This document shows positions 21,410-30,430 of a stretch of 64,000 nt of DNA, piece after piece (the first letter of the stretch is position 1; each line of letters starts with the position of its first letter). The translations under genes and the position numbers were made by a program. This stretch comes from an uncultured Nitrososphaerota archaeon (GTDB lineage: Archaea > Thermoproteota > Nitrososphaeria > Nitrososphaerales > CADDZS01), in the NCBI GenBank assembly GCA_963799845.1, contig CAWCYI010000004.1:864001-928000 (forward strand), in the 5' to 3' direction. Under the pieces are notes generated by a model. That model saw only the letters and a list, made by a program, of their open reading frames with translations. It had not been told where the DNA came from and ran no database searches.

Positions 21410-22201
21410 ATGCTATCCATGAAGCAACAGGAAGAAGCGCGCCTCTCGTCGCTGGCGTCCGCTGAATCTACCAATGTCGCAAAGCAGCTCGTCGACATTG
21501 AAATCCTGTATCTTCTGACCTTCTCGCCGAAAAGCGGCTACGAGCTTCGAAAACATCTTCTGAACTGGTTTAAGATAAACATCAGTTACGGCACCTTGTA
21601 CCCGCACTTGCACGCGCTAGAAAAATCGGGGCAGGTGATCGGCAACTGGCAGCAGAAATTTGAGGAAGCGCCACTAAAGAAACGGATGTACTCCCTTACC
21701 CCTCTGGGTCAGAGTACCCTTCGCGGTAACATCGAAAGCCTGTCGAAGATATCTTTGACGATGCAGTTCATGGTGACGCAGGTGAACTTTGCGTCTCGGT
21801 CCGGCAACACAATCTCAACGGAACAGCACAAGGCGCTCGATCACGTCGAGGGATTTCTCTCGAGGCGCGGCTACACGGTTCGTAAACTTGCCCTGGTGAA
21901 GGGGTACTCCGGTCGAGAATACCCGGTCGACATTTTCGCGAACCGACAGGACATGAAATCATCCAACATCATGCTAAGGTTCTCCGAGCATGGCGATGTC
22001 TCAATCGAGGATGTGCTCAAGATGAGCGTCGTCTCCTTCGAGCTCGAAGCAAAAAGGGCGATCATACTCTCGCCGGTTTCTAACGTATCGGAAGCCGCTA
22101 GAAAGCTTGCTTCGTTCTGCCACGTTTCGATATACTCTGGCCATGATTACGAGAGCGCGGCAGCTAACATGAGCTCGACTTACGACGAGCCTTCTTCCTG
22201 A
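21410..22201 (+). CDS. PadR-family wHTH fused to a restriction-endonuclease-like (Mrr_cat-like) domain
   Basis: SGYEL..ISYGTLYPHLHALEK.G..KRMYSLTPLG (PadR); C-terminal RGYTV..KGYSGREYPVDIFA..VSIEDV..SEAARKLA. Confidence 0.75.
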   Translation: MLSMKQQEEARLSSLASAESTNVAKQLVDIEILYLLTFSPKSGYELRKHLLNWFKINISYGTLYPHLHALEKSGQVIGNWQQKFEEAPLKKRMYSLTPLGQSTLRGNIESLSKISLTMQFMVTQVNFASRSGNTISTEQHKALDHVEGFLSRRGYTVRKLALVKGYSGREYPVDIFANRQDMKSSNIMLRFSEHGDVSIEDVLKMSVVSFELEAKRAIILSPVSNVSEAARKLASFCHVSIYSGHDYESAAANMSSTYDEPSS

Positions 22202-22294
22202 AAACAGAGAACGGGTAGCCCTGAGTTCAAAATATCGTGAGGAATCGAGTCTTTGTTTAATTACCAGTTCCCATTGATTCATTAAGAAAAAAAA

Positions 22295-22699
22295 TTTGGT
22301 TTTGTTGAATTTTCGAGGGGTGCTTAAGTGGTGTTGATTTTCGGGTCATTTCTTTCCTAGTGGTCTCTGATAATCGAATTATCAAATGTGTTAGTGTAAA
22401 TTTGGCAAGCGGGTCTTCCACCGAAGAGAGCGCAAGGGGGACTTCTTCCACAATTGGGACACCTAGCTGCCATTGCGCTACCTTTGCCTCCAGTAATCAT
22501 AAGGGCGATTCCACCACAAAAGAACAAGATTCCGATAAGGTAAATCTGGAGATCTAGTGAAATGAATATGGCTGCCCCAAAGAATAACAATACTATTCCG
22601 ATTATTCTACCGATGCCGAACAAAATCGCATCTACAAGAATAATAATCTGTTTGTCCTATTTAACTTCTGGTCTTTTCCTCCTTTGGTTTTGTTGAATT
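22295..22699 (+). repeat. 17-bp direct repeat TTTGGTTTTGTTGAATT (22295-22311 and 22683-22699) flanking a small gene
   Basis: Exact match read from the sequence; the right copy is part of a 24-bp perfect palindrome (22686-22709). Confidence 0.85.
22357..22623 (-). CDS. Small membrane protein (2 TM) with C-terminal Cys cluster
   Basis: Two hydrophobic helices followed by CPNCG..C..C. Confidence 0.55.
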   Translation of the reverse strand: MFGIGRIIGIVLLFFGAAIFISLDLQIYLIGILFFCGGIALMITGGKGSAMAARCPNCGRSPPCALFGGRPACQIYTNTFDNSIIRDH

Positions 22700-22912
22700 C
22701 AACAAAACCCTGATCCCTGACCGCAACACCCGAAACTGATCACTAGTTCCTGATCGTTGAAAGCACCCGAAGATTTAACCACCTTCGGGGCAGTTAAATC
22801 TGAGAGTCTAGCCAACTACGAGAACAGCGCAGTGTACATTGCACTTAGATTTTCATACGGTCAGAACCAAAATTTTCTGCGTTTCACACACGTGAGCACT
22901 TTTCAGCCGAAG

Positions 22913-22977
22913 AGCTGACGTTCAAGCTCTGTTAGCTCAGAAGAGCTTGAAACGAGCTGAACGGAGCTTGCACAGCT
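22913..22977. repeat. Array of seven AGCT motifs with about 10-bp periodicity
   Basis: AGCT starts at 22913, 22925, 22934, 22944, 22955, 22965 and 22974; includes the inverted repeat TTCAAGCTCT..AGAGCTTGAA (22921-22951). Confidence 0.8.
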
Positions 22978-23143
22978 CAAATCTCATTGAACGGATCTGT
23001 AGGAATTTCAACCCGAAACTAACCGGGTAAATGGAGTCCCCTCACCTTTCTGTGACTGAATGCAGGAGACGAGCAAGGGATGATTGGAAAGATAGAAAGA
23101 AGCCTAATATCCGAATTTCGAATACTGCTCTGGCAAACACAAA

Positions 23144-24460
23144 TTGCCCCGAAATTTATTTTTCAATGAGAAAATGGAGCGCCTCCCCCAGGAGGAGCTC
23201 CGCGAGTTACAGTCAAAGCGGCTGCGAGAGGTTTTGCACTACGTCTACGAGAATTCAATTTATTACAAAAGAGCCTTAGACAGCGCAGGCTTGAAGCCTG
23301 ATGATATTACTGATATTTTAGGTCTCCAAAAAGCGAAATTCTTCACAACAAAGGACGACCTCAGAGAAAATTATCCTTTTGGCATGCTCGCCGTTCCAAG
23401 AAATAGCGTTGTCGAGATGCACGCGACCTCGGGCACGACTGGCACCCCGACGTTAGGTCTGCACACGGCAAAAGACGTCGAGGAGTGGGGGGAAGTCTCC
23501 GCGAGGTCGCTTGTGATGTCGGGCATGGGCAAAGACGACGTTTTTCAGATCACACCCAGTCTCGGGATGTTTTCGGGGGGCTTCGGATTCTACCACGGCG
23601 CGAGAAAGTTGGGGTGCACCATCGTCCCATCGGGAGCGGGATTTTCTAAAAGGCAGGTCGAATTCATGGTTAATTTCGGAACTACGGTATTCTCCGCGAT
23701 AGTGTCATACGGTTTCAGACTGGCTGAAGTCGCGGCCGAGATGGGAATAGATCCTCGAAAAGATACCAAGGTGAGAAGGGGAATCTTCGGGAGCGAAATA
23801 TGGACGAAAGAAATGAAGCGGAAGATGTCGAACCTCTGGGACCTCGATCCCTACGACATTTACGGATTCACTGAATTGTGCGGTCCCGGAGTGGGGAACG
23901 ATTGCTACGTACATGATGGACTGCATATCTGGCAGGACCACTTCATTACCGAGGTCGTTGACCCAAAGACCGGAGAGTCGCTAGGACCCGAGGAGGAGGG
24001 GGAGCTGGTATTCACGACCCTTTCCAAGGAAGCGATGCCACTGTTGCGATACAAGAGCAGGGACATCTCCTTGCTAATGGATCAGTTAACTTGCGAGTGC
24101 GGGAGGACACATCAAAAATTCTCCGAGATCCGTGGAAGAGCAGATGATATGCTCAAAGTCTCGGGCGTCAACTTTTGGCCGTCGGAAGTTGAATCGATTC
24201 TGCTAAAGCGTGACACCCTGGGCAGCGAATACCAGATTCACGTGAGTAGGGTTAATTCTACTGATCACATGAGCATAACGGTGGAAGCGAGAGAAAGAGG
24301 TCTGGACACTCAGATTCGACAAAGGCTCGCAAGCGCACTGGGAAACGATCTGCATGATGTCTTGTTATTCACGCCGGACGTTATCGTGGTGGACCCAAAT
24401 ACCCTCCCAAGAGTCGAAGTCGGAAAGACAAAGAGGGTCTTCGACGACAGGTCATTTTGA
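23144..24460 (+). CDS. paaK: Phenylacetate--CoA ligase family protein
   Basis: TTKDDLRENYPFG, HATSGTTGTP, YGFTELCGPG, GRADDMLKVSGVN. Confidence 0.9.
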   Translation: MPRNLFFNEKMERLPQEELRELQSKRLREVLHYVYENSIYYKRALDSAGLKPDDITDILGLQKAKFFTTKDDLRENYPFGMLAVPRNSVVEMHATSGTTGTPTLGLHTAKDVEEWGEVSARSLVMSGMGKDDVFQITPSLGMFSGGFGFYHGARKLGCTIVPSGAGFSKRQVEFMVNFGTTVFSAIVSYGFRLAEVAAEMGIDPRKDTKVRRGIFGSEIWTKEMKRKMSNLWDLDPYDIYGFTELCGPGVGNDCYVHDGLHIWQDHFITEVVDPKTGESLGPEEEGELVFTTLSKEAMPLLRYKSRDISLLMDQLTCECGRTHQKFSEIRGRADDMLKVSGVNFWPSEVESILLKRDTLGSEYQIHVSRVNSTDHMSITVEARERGLDTQIRQRLASALGNDLHDVLLFTPDVIVVDPNTLPRVEVGKTKRVFDDRSF

Positions 24461-26771
24461 GATCGCGGTTTGCATGCTCTCGAGAACTTTGTCAGGAGTC
24501 AGCGGAAGCTCGAAAATCCTCGCCCCGACGGCGTCGTAGACTGCGTTGGCAATTGCCGCGCAGGTTGGAATGCAGCCGTGCTCCCCGAGTCCCTTTGCCC
24601 CGAAGGGCCCTGCCGGATCTGGACTGCCAACGAACTGCACTTCGATTTCGGGCACTTCGAGCGAGGTGACGAGTTTGTAGTCAGCGAAGCTCGGGTTGAC
24701 AACCATGCCTTCGTCAAGCAGGAGTTGTTCCATCAAAGCATAGCCCAGCGACATGACAACGCCGCCCTCAATCTGCCCCTCTGCGCCCGTAGGGTTCAGT
24801 ATCCTGCCAGCGTCATGCACGGCAACCACCTTCAGAACTGTGACCTTGCCCGTTTCCTCATCGACCTCGACTAACGCCGCCTGCGTGCCGAAGGCATAAG
24901 CCATTGAGATATTTCCCCGCATGGTATCCGGATCCGCCATCTCCGTTGGAGGGTCGTAGAATGCCGTGGCGAGGATCATCGATCCGTCTCGTCTAAAATG
25001 TGCCCTCCTCAACACCTTCGTGTATTCCACTCGCTTTTTCGTTTCATCGACTAGCGAGAATATCTCCCCGTCCCTAATGTCCAGATTCGATGGGTCCTCG
25101 CCGAGCTCCCTCGCCGCAAGTCTTAGGAGCTGCTTCTTCGCGTCTCTTGCCGCCATCAGAGCTGCGTTCCCGCCGATGAAAGTTGCCCTGCTGGCGTGTA
25201 TCCCGACATCCCACGGCTTTAGCGAAGTATCTTTGTTGACAAGCTCGATCTTCGAGAGCGGAACGCCTAACTCCTCAGCGACGATCTGGGTGATTGAAGT
25301 GTCCGAACCGGTACCGATCTCGGACGCTCCGGAGAGAATCGTTACTTTTCCAAAGTCGTCGATCTTTATGATTGCACCGCAACCGTCGGACTTGTAGACT
25401 CGAGCTCCCCCCGCAACGTGGAACAGGGTTGAAAATCCGATCCCGCGGCTTTTCCCCTCGCTGCGCGGCCCCTTCCATCCAATTTTCTTCGCGGCGAGCT
25501 GGATTGTTTCTTCCATCGCGCACGTGGTTATACGCATACCCTGGGAAGTAATATCTCCGGGCCGGTTTGAGTTCCTGAGTCTCAGTTCGACCGGATCGAT
25601 GCCCAATTTTTGAGCGAGAATGTCCATCTGTGATTCAATCGCGAAATTGATCTGCGGGTTGCCCGCGCCGCGCATCGTTCCGGAAGAAGGATTATTCGTA
25701 TAAACAGGCCAGGCATCGAACTGGATGTTGTCGACCCGGTACTGCCCGGACGTCGTCGCCATCATCACCCTTGCATCGAACGCGCCCCAAGAAACGTAAG
25801 CCCCGATGTCGAGAAAAACTTCGACCTTGCGCGCTAGCAGCCTTCCATTTTCATCAGCTGCACTCTTGATATTGATCAGTGCCGGCTGTCTCGTGGGCGA
25901 AAAACTCAGATCTTCTTCCCTCGAATAGTGTATCTTTACGGGTCTTCCGGTTTTCATGGAGAGAAGAGCAGTCTATCACATCGACGGGGTAGAGATCCAT
26001 ACCCCGTCCAAAAGCCCCGCCGATGAACGGTTGTATGACCCTCACTTTTTCTCCGGGAATGCCAAGCGCGTCGGCGATATCCTTCTGATACATGAACGGA
26101 GCCTGGGTGTTTGCCCACATCGTCAGACTGCCGTTCGAATCGTATGAGGCGAGTGCCCCCATCGTCCCGAGGGCGGTGTGCGTCATGAAGTGAACCCTGA
26201 ATGAATTCTCGACAACGATAGAGTCTTTCCTCCTAAAGACAGCATCCGGATCGCCTGCCCTGAAACTGAATGGGATCTTGGCGATGTTTTTCTCCGCATC
26301 TTCATGGAGCTGCCTTGTGCCGGGTTTCATCGCCTCAAATGGATCGAAGAAAGCGGGGAGTCTTTCGTACTCCACTTCGATGAGCTCCAAGGCCCGCGTC
26401 GCAGTGGCTTCATCTGCCGCCGCGACTGCCGCTATTTCGTCCCGGTAAGAAAGTACAAAGGTGTCCTTCAGGGGAAGGTTGTCTTTCATGAAGCCAAACT
26501 TGATCTTCGGCGTGTCTTTTGCCGTGATCACGGCAAAAACCCCCTCGAGTTTTTCCGCCTTTGAAGTATCGATGCTCAGGATTCTTGCGTGCGCGTATCT
26601 GCTCCGCAAGATTTTTCCGTGCAGCATCCCCGGAACTTTCAGATCGAGGAGGAACTGCGCCCTGCCGGTGACCTTTTCCAGAGAGTCGTACTTCCGGACT
26701 CTCTTCCCGATCAAAGAATAGTTTTCAGCTTGCTGAGCTTTTTGCTGGCTTTCTTGGATAGTAGAGGACAA
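24452..26771 (-). CDS. Xanthine dehydrogenase-family molybdopterin-binding large subunit, frameshift at about 25972
   Basis: KVTGRAQF, LRSRYAHARI, GGAFG, MRGAG, GQIEGG, GAKGLGE, AIANAVYDA; removing one base restores IAALLSMKTGRPVK. Confidence 0.92.
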
Positions 26772-26837
26772 TGCCGCTCCTACTCTTCCTCATTTCGACC
26801 GGAAAACTATTAGCTTTTAGCTAAACGCAGATCGATT

Positions 26838-28805
26838 TCAAGTGTTGGAAAAGGTCAACGGTTCAACTTTGACTGCGGCCGAGAGAACGGTTTCTCCATT
26901 TGAATCAGCATAGCTTGAAGTGATCACGTAACCCCTTGGTAAGAATGCGACAATTTTCAGCAGTGTCTGCGATGGTATGTTGCTCCTGAACTGACCTAAC
27001 TCTTCGTTGATGATTTTTTCTCCGGAGAGCCGGTGGACGATTTCTATAATACTCGCACCCAAGAATTCTCTCACGCTGCTCCTCGAGGTAGCGAAGACGC
27101 AGTTCCCATTTTCGCGCAGTCTTTTCACTATTTCAATAGCTCTCGATTTTAGAGAACTACTTTTGAATCTATCAAGAGTGTCCTCAACTACAATTATGGA
27201 ATCTTTCACGCCCGAGTCGAGAAAATCGCGAAGCAAGATAACTGAGATCAGCTGTCTTTCCTCCCTCGTGGTCGGATCTTTAAGGCCGCGGCCGGATACG
27301 TCGAAAATTAGATTGTCTCGCCCGACGCTGACGGCGCCCTTCTCTGAAAAAATCCTGGAGAACGTACTCTTGGAGAGCAGGTTTTTCCGTAATTTCTGAC
27401 CCAGCTCGGAAAGTTCCGGCTCATTAATCATAAGGCTGGAAATAGTGTTGAGATTCAGGTTCTCCTTGCTCTGGGCTCTGATTATCGAGGCGATTCTTTC
27501 TTTTTGCTGATCAGAGCAATTGATAGAGCCCTGGTTGAACCACTCTTGAATCAGGTCAGCGCCGACAGTCGCGGATGCCTCGGTTGCTCCTGAAAACAGT
27601 GATACCTGGAACTCTTGGGCCTGGGAATCTCTGGCGAACGAAAAGACCTTCCAGTTGTATTTCCAAGCAATTCCTCTATGTTCCCCCTTTTGATCAATTA
27701 CGATTATCGGCCTTCCAGATCCTTTAATCGCGATCCCATCGAGGATCCGCTTCAGGGTGGTACTTCTCCCTGAGCCAGAAGAGCCTACTATCGCGAGATT
27801 CTTTTTGTAATTGGATAGTTCGAGAGTGTAATCTCCAACTTGTCTTACTTGAGCAGGCAAATCCTTTTCCGGAACTCGTTTATTGATCACGGCCACAAGT
27901 TGATCAAAGTCAAGCTGCCTACCGAGAAACACGGCGTCCTGACCGGCGGATTGTCTTTGCTGAAGCTGGACTGTCTGCTTCTGCTGTTCTACAATGGGGC
28001 GCAGTTTTTGTCTAAATTGTTCGGATTTTTTTGATTGTTCATCTTTCCTCAGTTGCTCCTGAGCCAGCAATTTTTCTTCTTCTGCAAGTTGAGCTCGCTC
28101 CTCTTTTTCAGATTCCTCCTTCCGGAAGGCAAAAACATCGTCGAGATCGATTGGCGGGAGTATCAAATATTCTCCCGTTCTTTGAACGAAATCGGAAAGC
28201 TCTTCCGGGACTTTTTCACTCTTGTCCAGAACGCCCAAGTTATCCGTTAGGGATTGCAGGAAGGCGTCGATCTGGTCTAGGTTTGAGAGCAAGGCAAGCT
28301 GGCGGAGCCTCGCAAGCATCAAGTGTTCGTTTGGGAGCACCAGTCTCCTGATCAGAGCATCTGCCCCTTCCTTTGCAAAGAAAGAAGGGACCCAGATGAA
28401 ATAGTCATGATCACTGGCTTTCAGAATCAGTTTGTTGAAGATGGCCTTCTCTACTATGAGGTTTTCATACCTCAGTTCTCTCATGGTAAGAGACTGCGAT
28501 TTCACGGAAAGAAAGAACCTTTCAAACTCTTTTCCACTTGATGCAAGTTGCTTTCCGGCATCTGCTCTAAAAAGTATCTCAAACGGCGATCTCAAAATGA
28601 GTCTCAACGTAGCATCGATTGCACGGCGCTCTTCGTTACTCATCCTGGAGAAGCGCTCGGAAATCGAGATCACCATCGCCTCTACGAATCGGAGGAGCTC
28701 ATTCCGCAATATTTGCTTCAGCCTGTCCGGATCGCCGTTGGTCGCAGACAGAAATGAGAGAATGTCATTTCGGGCTACGTTCCCGGCGCGCTTTGAAGCT
28801 GACAT
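26838..28805 (-). CDS. HerA/VirB4-like (DUF87) P-loop protein with degenerate Walker motifs and long N-terminal helical domain
   Basis: NLAIVGSSGSGRST, IIVIDQKGEH, IIVVED; coiled coil near residues 230-290. Confidence 0.7.
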   Translation of the reverse strand: MSASKRAGNVARNDILSFLSATNGDPDRLKQILRNELLRFVEAMVISISERFSRMSNEERRAIDATLRLILRSPFEILFRADAGKQLASSGKEFERFFLSVKSQSLTMRELRYENLIVEKAIFNKLILKASDHDYFIWVPSFFAKEGADALIRRLVLPNEHLMLARLRQLALLSNLDQIDAFLQSLTDNLGVLDKSEKVPEELSDFVQRTGEYLILPPIDLDDVFAFRKEESEKEERAQLAEEEKLLAQEQLRKDEQSKKSEQFRQKLRPIVEQQKQTVQLQQRQSAGQDAVFLGRQLDFDQLVAVINKRVPEKDLPAQVRQVGDYTLELSNYKKNLAIVGSSGSGRSTTLKRILDGIAIKGSGRPIIVIDQKGEHRGIAWKYNWKVFSFARDSQAQEFQVSLFSGATEASATVGADLIQEWFNQGSINCSDQQKERIASIIRAQSKENLNLNTISSLMINEPELSELGQKLRKNLLSKSTFSRIFSEKGAVSVGRDNLIFDVSGRGLKDPTTREERQLISVILLRDFLDSGVKDSIIVVEDTLDRFKSSSLKSRAIEIVKRLRENGNCVFATSRSSVREFLGASIIEIVHRLSGEKIINEELGQFRSNIPSQTLLKIVAFLPRGYVITSSYADSNGETVLSAAVKVEPLTFSNT

Positions 28806-28983
28806 CGGGAAATCTAAGCGACAAGTTGTCCATTATTCTTGCAAATACATCGCCGAGATTCTTGAGTTCCAGAGGTCCTATGGGTGAGTCTACGAATTGG
28901 GAGTAAGCATCGAGAACAGCTGGAATATCCTTGTTTTTTTCTACGGACGAACGAACCAGTTGTACAGCATCAATTGCAGGCAT
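28765..28983 (-). CDS. Small ORF, probably the frameshifted N-terminus of the HerA-like protein
   Basis: Same strand with a 41-bp overlap; the downstream frame is open back to about 28832. Confidence 0.45.
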   Translation of the reverse strand: MPAIDAVQLVRSSVEKNKDIPAVLDAYSQFVDSPIGPLELKNLGDVFARIMDNLSLRFPDVSFKARRERSPK

Positions 28984-29152
28984 TGAAATAGATCACCAAA
29001 AACCCAAAGTTCCCCTACAAGTAGGCCGTATCCTCAACATATCCGATGTTTAAACGTAAAAATCCGAATCCGACCTAGGAACAAGCATTACACTGATTAC
29101 AACAGCGACACCTATCGCTTTAAAAATCTTCGTTGGAGTTTCCAGAGAATCT

Positions 29153-29935
29153 CTAGCCCAGGAATCGTTCGCTGTAAACCGCGACGCCATTTTCCGTTAT
29201 TGAATACGGGTGCAATTGTCTGTCATGTTTGCATTCTCTCATTTTTTCGATTTCGATAGCTGACACGATGCCCCTCCCGGCCACGTGGGAATTATGCAGA
29301 ACTAGAACTCCGTGGCAGAGGTACTCTTCAGAAGGAATTTCCCTTTGGGTCAGAGCCGAACCGAACCGGTTTGCAATTTCGGTCGTAACTATACTGGTGG
29401 TTCCCATGCCAATCAATGATTCCAAAAGATCAATTATCGATCTCCTTCTTTGATGATTATCCATGAACTGCAGGGACAGCGATGTCATTGGGTCTACTAC
29501 AATCCTCGTAGCTCTGATCACGCGTACGTAACTTCGGAGGACAGTGCTCAGCGCCTGGATCGAAAACTCGGGTCCTCTTATGCGGACATTTTTTTCAGAC
29601 TCCGAATTTGACTCGACCTGCTGATCTCCATCGTTTGATGCTTGCCGCAGTGGAGACGCATCAACTATTGCGATCTGATTTTTCTTTTCGTACTTTTCCA
29701 GATCCCAACCGAAATTGGACATCTCGGTGATCAGGTGTGACTTGCTTTCTTCAAGAGAAACGAAAACTCCTCTTTCATCAAATCGATTCACGCCGTCAAG
29801 GAGAAATTGCATCGCCATGAGGGTTTTACCAGATCCGGGGCCTCCAGTTACGAGAATGACACGTCCTCTGGGATAACCTCCTCCAAGAAGTTCATCGAGA
29901 CCCGGAATCCCGCTTGGAACGTGTTCAGACTTCAA
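29153..29935 (-). CDS. Single-domain KaiC/RAD55 family ATPase
   Basis: SGIPGLDELLGGGYPRG, GGPGSGKT, FVSLEE, RIVVDP, EEYLCHG, IEKMR. Confidence 0.92.
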   Translation of the reverse strand: MKSEHVPSGIPGLDELLGGGYPRGRVILVTGGPGSGKTLMAMQFLLDGVNRFDERGVFVSLEESKSHLITEMSNFGWDLEKYEKKNQIAIVDASPLRQASNDGDQQVESNSESEKNVRIRGPEFSIQALSTVLRSYVRVIRATRIVVDPMTSLSLQFMDNHQRRRSIIDLLESLIGMGTTSIVTTEIANRFGSALTQREIPSEEYLCHGVLVLHNSHVAGRGIVSAIEIEKMRECKHDRQLHPYSITENGVAVYSERFLG

Positions 29936-30430
29936 AATAATTTGCTCAGCTCGCCCATACGTTTCTTATTAGATTCTATTGTTCCGATGTGCTCTGGTGA
30001 GTAGCAACAAAACAGGCTTCGCCGTCCAATATCAAGGTGCCTATTTTTTGACCCGGTTTGGTGAAAAACAGAATATTGTCGATCCGGATTTCCGCATTCA
30101 CCATTTTTTCTTACATGTGAGATAGGAAATACTACTTCCCATGGAAAGCGTTTCTCAGGGTCTATCGAGAGAGATCCGCAGTCAGATGTACTCATGCGTC
30201 TTCTGCGATTCTGTTTGGAAAAGGCTTCAAGAGGGAGAACTTCATTCTGAGCTTGAATTGCTCTACATCGAACATATGAAGAAGTATCACCGATTGACAG
30301 CGTGACTTTTTTCGAAGATCCAGTACAGATCACAGAAACAGATTTTCACTACCCAGTTAATCGATTACGTAGTTTGGGCTTCGACAGAACCTCTATTAGC
30401 TGACCGACTCACCATAACTCGAACCTGTGC

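Noticed and set aside
22686-22980. CRISPR array or tRNA
   Set aside because: There is no repeat-spacer periodicity of CRISPR size, no cas genes, and no cloverleaf or T-loop motif.
24452-26771. Form I aerobic CO dehydrogenase CoxL
   Set aside because: The active-site loop reads TMRGAG, not AYxCSFR.
29153-29935. Circadian clock KaiC
   Set aside because: Single domain with no kaiA/kaiB; this is the common archaeal RAD55/KaiC-like family.
29932-30333. 133-aa ORF upstream of KaiC
   Set aside because: No motifs and atypical composition; probably non-coding.
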